DNA of 64,000 nucleotides from the human T2T-CHM13v2.0 reference genome, Homo sapiens. This document shows positions 56,465-64,000 of the stretch, piece by piece. A program made the translations under genes and the position numbers. The stretch's first letter is position 1. Every line of letters begins with the position of its first letter. Location of the stretch: NCBI RefSeq assembly GCF_009914755.1, contig NC_060926.1; one strand, 5' to 3'. The notes below the pieces were generated by a model. That model did not search any database. It was not told where the DNA came from and saw nothing but the letters and a program-made list of their open reading frames with translations.

Positions 56465-56889
56465 TACTTAAAATGGTGATAAATATTTTCCAGGGTTTTT
56501 CATGAAAAGGTTATTATTTAATGGAATGACAACATCTTCAATGCTTACCACAAGTCAGTTGCCAGATTTACTGAATTTTTTTTCTTGTAACACTCTAATA
56601 GTAAACAGTGGTCAATGGCATCATGGCAGAAGCACAAGTCAGTAGAACAAGGATGCTCACGATCATTCCTCTAAGTTAAATTATAGATTTAAAGAAGGGA
56701 CTATTGATTATGAAGGTAACCATTTCCATGTGACTTTCAAAAGTGGGGTAGCAGAGAGTTTGGAATTTTATGCTAAGAGAAGTACCTCTATTGGGGATAG
56801 TCTACATTAGTTAAATTCAGAGTGCCTTATGTTTTACCAATCAGCAGAATAATATGATTATTAAAATAGCTATTAAATGAGTTAAAAGA

Positions 56890-61118
<4,229 letters not shown>

Positions 61119-61981
61119 TTGATTTTTTTAAAAAAGGTAAATATATTTTGAGAGGCACTGACTTTTCACTTTAGTTTTTCTTTCTTTATTTGAGGTGCTG
61201 AGACAAAGTGGGATTCTGTATCAAGATCAAAAAGTAGATGTATGAGCATTGATCCCCTTTGTTTCTTCTTTTTTCTGTCTTTTGAATCCCTGTGAGGATC
61301 CCTTAGTTTGGGTAAAACTGAGAACTGTCTAGAGTACTTACTGGTTTCAATCTACCCTTTTCCCATAGATAATTATTATGCCACTGCATATATTAGATCA
61401 TATCTGAAAGTTATCTGCTTTTATCTTCTCATTAATTCTTCCCTTTATCTTCCCTTATGTTATCTATGGCAAGTTTTCAATTTAAAATATTTTGGCATTG
61501 ATTTCCTCACAGGGGCAATGTGCAAGAGAGTAGGTTTCATTATTTCTCTTCAGCAAGTAAGGAAAATAAAACCCCAACGAGTTAGATAACTTGCCAACAT
61601 TTACATATATACTTTTAAACTTTATGTATTTTTCCATATCCCTATGTTTGAAGTCCATGAGGGTATACCTGGGAAGCTTCCAACTATTGGGAGCATATTT
61701 GACTAAGAGACTCAGCAGCTGCCTCAGGAGTGCTAAGGAAGGCTCATTCTCAGGAGACATGAAACTCATCAGAATAGCTAACTTTGATTTGAGGACTCCC
61801 AGTGGGCTGTGTTTAATCTTCCTTGGAAGGCCCAGCAATCTAGCAGGCTTTCATCCACCTTCCTTTCCCTTTCCTAACCTGGTCACACTTGCATTGCAGG
61901 CTGAGATCATTTCCAGCCTTTCCAGCCTCAGATCCATTTTCTTTCTTACAGGATTTTCCACTAATAAAATTAGGTCAGGGA

Positions 61982-62040
61982 GAGCTATGCTGACTTTCAG
62001 TGAGCTATGCTGACTTTCAGTGTACTATGCTGGCTTTTAG
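61982..62040 (+). repeat. 20-bp tandem repeat x3 (gagctatgctgactttcagt)
   Basis: Two exact copies plus one degenerate copy. Confidence 0.9.
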
Positions 62041-62571
62041 AAAGACAGGAAGTTCAGGCAAAGAAACTTGATGCTGGTGATTACAGCTTCCTGTATCAGC
62101 AAAATACAACATTTGCAGGAGCTCACAGAGAAGCCATTGCTATTCTAACACACTCTATCTACCCCTGCTAACACTGGTTGGGGAGATAGAACACCCTATC
62201 TTCCTATCTTGCAATTTTCAAATTTCTTCAGAGTGCCTGTCGTTGGTGTAACTAAATGAGAACCCTGCAGCCAAAGGGTCCTGGGAAATGAGGGCCAGTC
62301 CCTGCCATGTAGGGAAGAGAGTAGAAAGTGGGAGGTTGGTGCTGAGGTACACATGATATATTCAGTGATTGTCACTACCATTGCAAGGAAGAAGTGTTGC
62401 TTAAGACAAAGTTTCTTACCTAGCCATTTAACTTACCCAGTTAATTTATTCCTTGCTATTTTTATTGTAGATTTTACATTTTAGATTTGACTAAGGATCA
62501 GAAACTGAAATTCCTTAAAATAAGATAAATCAAAAGATCAGCATCACCTCTTGTATTACCCAGATGTTTAC

Positions 62572-64000
62572 TGTGATATTGTAATCTAATATGAAGTACA
62601 CGTTTGATCTCTGCCCCAAGTTCCTAGACACAGCTTTTATCCTGTCAGGTAACAATTAGCCTTGAGGTGCTACCTCTGATCCTGGGGGTCTTGAGGTTTC
62701 ACAGTGACTCAATGGCCAATTAAATGTTTGCAAACTCATGGTTTAAGGCTTTCATAAACCAACAATCATGCCGATATATTCAGCACATACAGGCAGATGT
62801 GAGGGAGAGGGGGACTGAACCACAGAGAGTAGCTCAAGAGACCAGCATGCTGACCGAAAAACAGGGTGGGTCCACATTTCCCTTGAAACTGACCAACGTG
62901 GGTGGAGGGTTGCTACTCTTCTCCCAGCAGAGCTTCCAGGGATGGAAAAGAGACCTGAGAGTTCTCATGGGCAGACCTGCAGGCATCTCAGTCATGGTTA
63001 GTTTCTTTGCTGTTTTTATGGTTCTTCACAGGAATGTCCATGGCATTATCTCAGCCGTCTTTTGGCTTCATTTTCTCTTCAGGTTTCAGGAATGCCTGGC
63101 CACAACAGGTGTTATGTATTACCTCAGTTCACCATACATATACTTATCATTTTGATGGGTCAGCAGTGTCACTATAGGCTGAGTCATTTGTCATAGTGAC
63201 TCCAGTTTTAGACATTTAGAATCACAAAACAATATTATATATCAGGTTCTGAAAGCCTTGTAGATCGGGACCCTAGGAGAATCTTTTCTTCTAAATTTTA
63301 TCTTTGACCTTGGTTCCAGACACAGAGTTTCTAAGGCCTTTGTAATTTCATGAGTGATAGGAGCATCTGACAGAGTTCCTACAACCCTTGGAATTTCTTG
63401 GGAGATGGAGTCATTTTTTCTCCTCATGAGGCCACTCTTGCTGGGCTCCTGGAGAGTCTCAGGACGGGGATTGGTTGCAAAGGAAACCAGCCCTGGCGAT
63501 TAGAAGGCTGGAACTTGCGGTCCCACCCCTGACCACTGGGAAAGGGATGGGTCTGAAGGTTGAGTTGTGTATCAGTGTCCAGTGAGTTAATCAATCATAC
63601 CTACAAAATGAAGCTTCAATAAAAACCAGGAAGGATACTGTTCGGTAAATTTCCAGACTGCTGAGCATAACATACAGAGGTTCCTGGAGAGTGGCATGCC
63701 CAGAGAGGGCATGGGAGCTCTATGCTCCTTCCCACATACTTTGCCTTATGCATCTCTTCCATCTAGTTGTTCATCTGTATCTTTTATAAGATCCATTATA
63801 ATAAATGGGTACATGTAAGTAATGTGTTTCCCTGCGTTCTGTGAGCCCCTCTAGCAAATTAATCAAATTTCGGGGTTGATGGTTCATGGAAACCCTGATA
63901 TATAACTGGTTGGCCACAACCTGGGGTTTTGCACTTGAATTTGGGGCTGTTTCATGGGACTGAACGCTTAACTTCTGGGATCTGACATTATCTTTAAGTT
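62572..64000 (+). mobile_element. MER21B-like LTR (62572-62635 and 63245-end), split by another LTR
   Basis: tgtgatatt..tctctgcccc..ttcctagacacag | ccttgtagat..ggagaatctttt..gagtgataggagcatct..gttctgtgagc..ctagcaaattaatc. Confidence 0.82.
62640..63244 (-). mobile_element. Nested ~600 bp element, probably an ERVL-class solo LTR (MER54/LTR53-like)
   Basis: Interrupts MER21B cleanly. Minus strand begins TGATATATAATATTGTTTTGTGATTCTAAATG. Family uncertain and no clear TSD. Confidence 0.5.

Noticed and set aside
61982-62040. Short direct repeats as a CRISPR-like array
   Set aside because: Head-to-tail tandem copies with no spacers, in eukaryotic DNA.
61308-63155. ORFs 61591..62013 (140 aa), 61482..61838 and 62724..63155 (143 aa) as novel genes
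   Set aside because: No recognisable domain. The first has a non-ATG start and overlaps an opposite-strand ORF, and the last lies inside an LTR-like insert. Lengths are compatible with chance.

Overview
Primate (human-like) AT-rich, repeat-dense intergenic or intronic DNA. I find no intact protein-coding gene, RNA gene or CRISPR array. All recognisable long ORFs are broken LINE-1 ORF2 pieces or chance frames in Alu/LTR repeats. Content: about seven L1 copies of different ages (two L1PA15/16-type with 5' ends, two L1PA7-type, one L1PA4-type, old L1M; two with twin-priming inversions), eight Alus plus one Alu fragment, a HERV-K(HML-6) LTR3 solo LTR, MaLR/ERV1/ERVL LTRs, Tigger/MER/MADE1 DNA-transposon relics and microsatellites. 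Subfamily names come from my recall of consensus sequences, not from a search. The most striking unexplained structure is a series of local copy-paste insertions. Four 100-390 bp segments were copied from sites 0.9-3.6 kb away into old L1s (one inverted, two spanning pre-existing junctions). There are also a 450 bp tandem duplication and fold-back inserts. Together they look like a fossil record of repeated templated-insertion repair.
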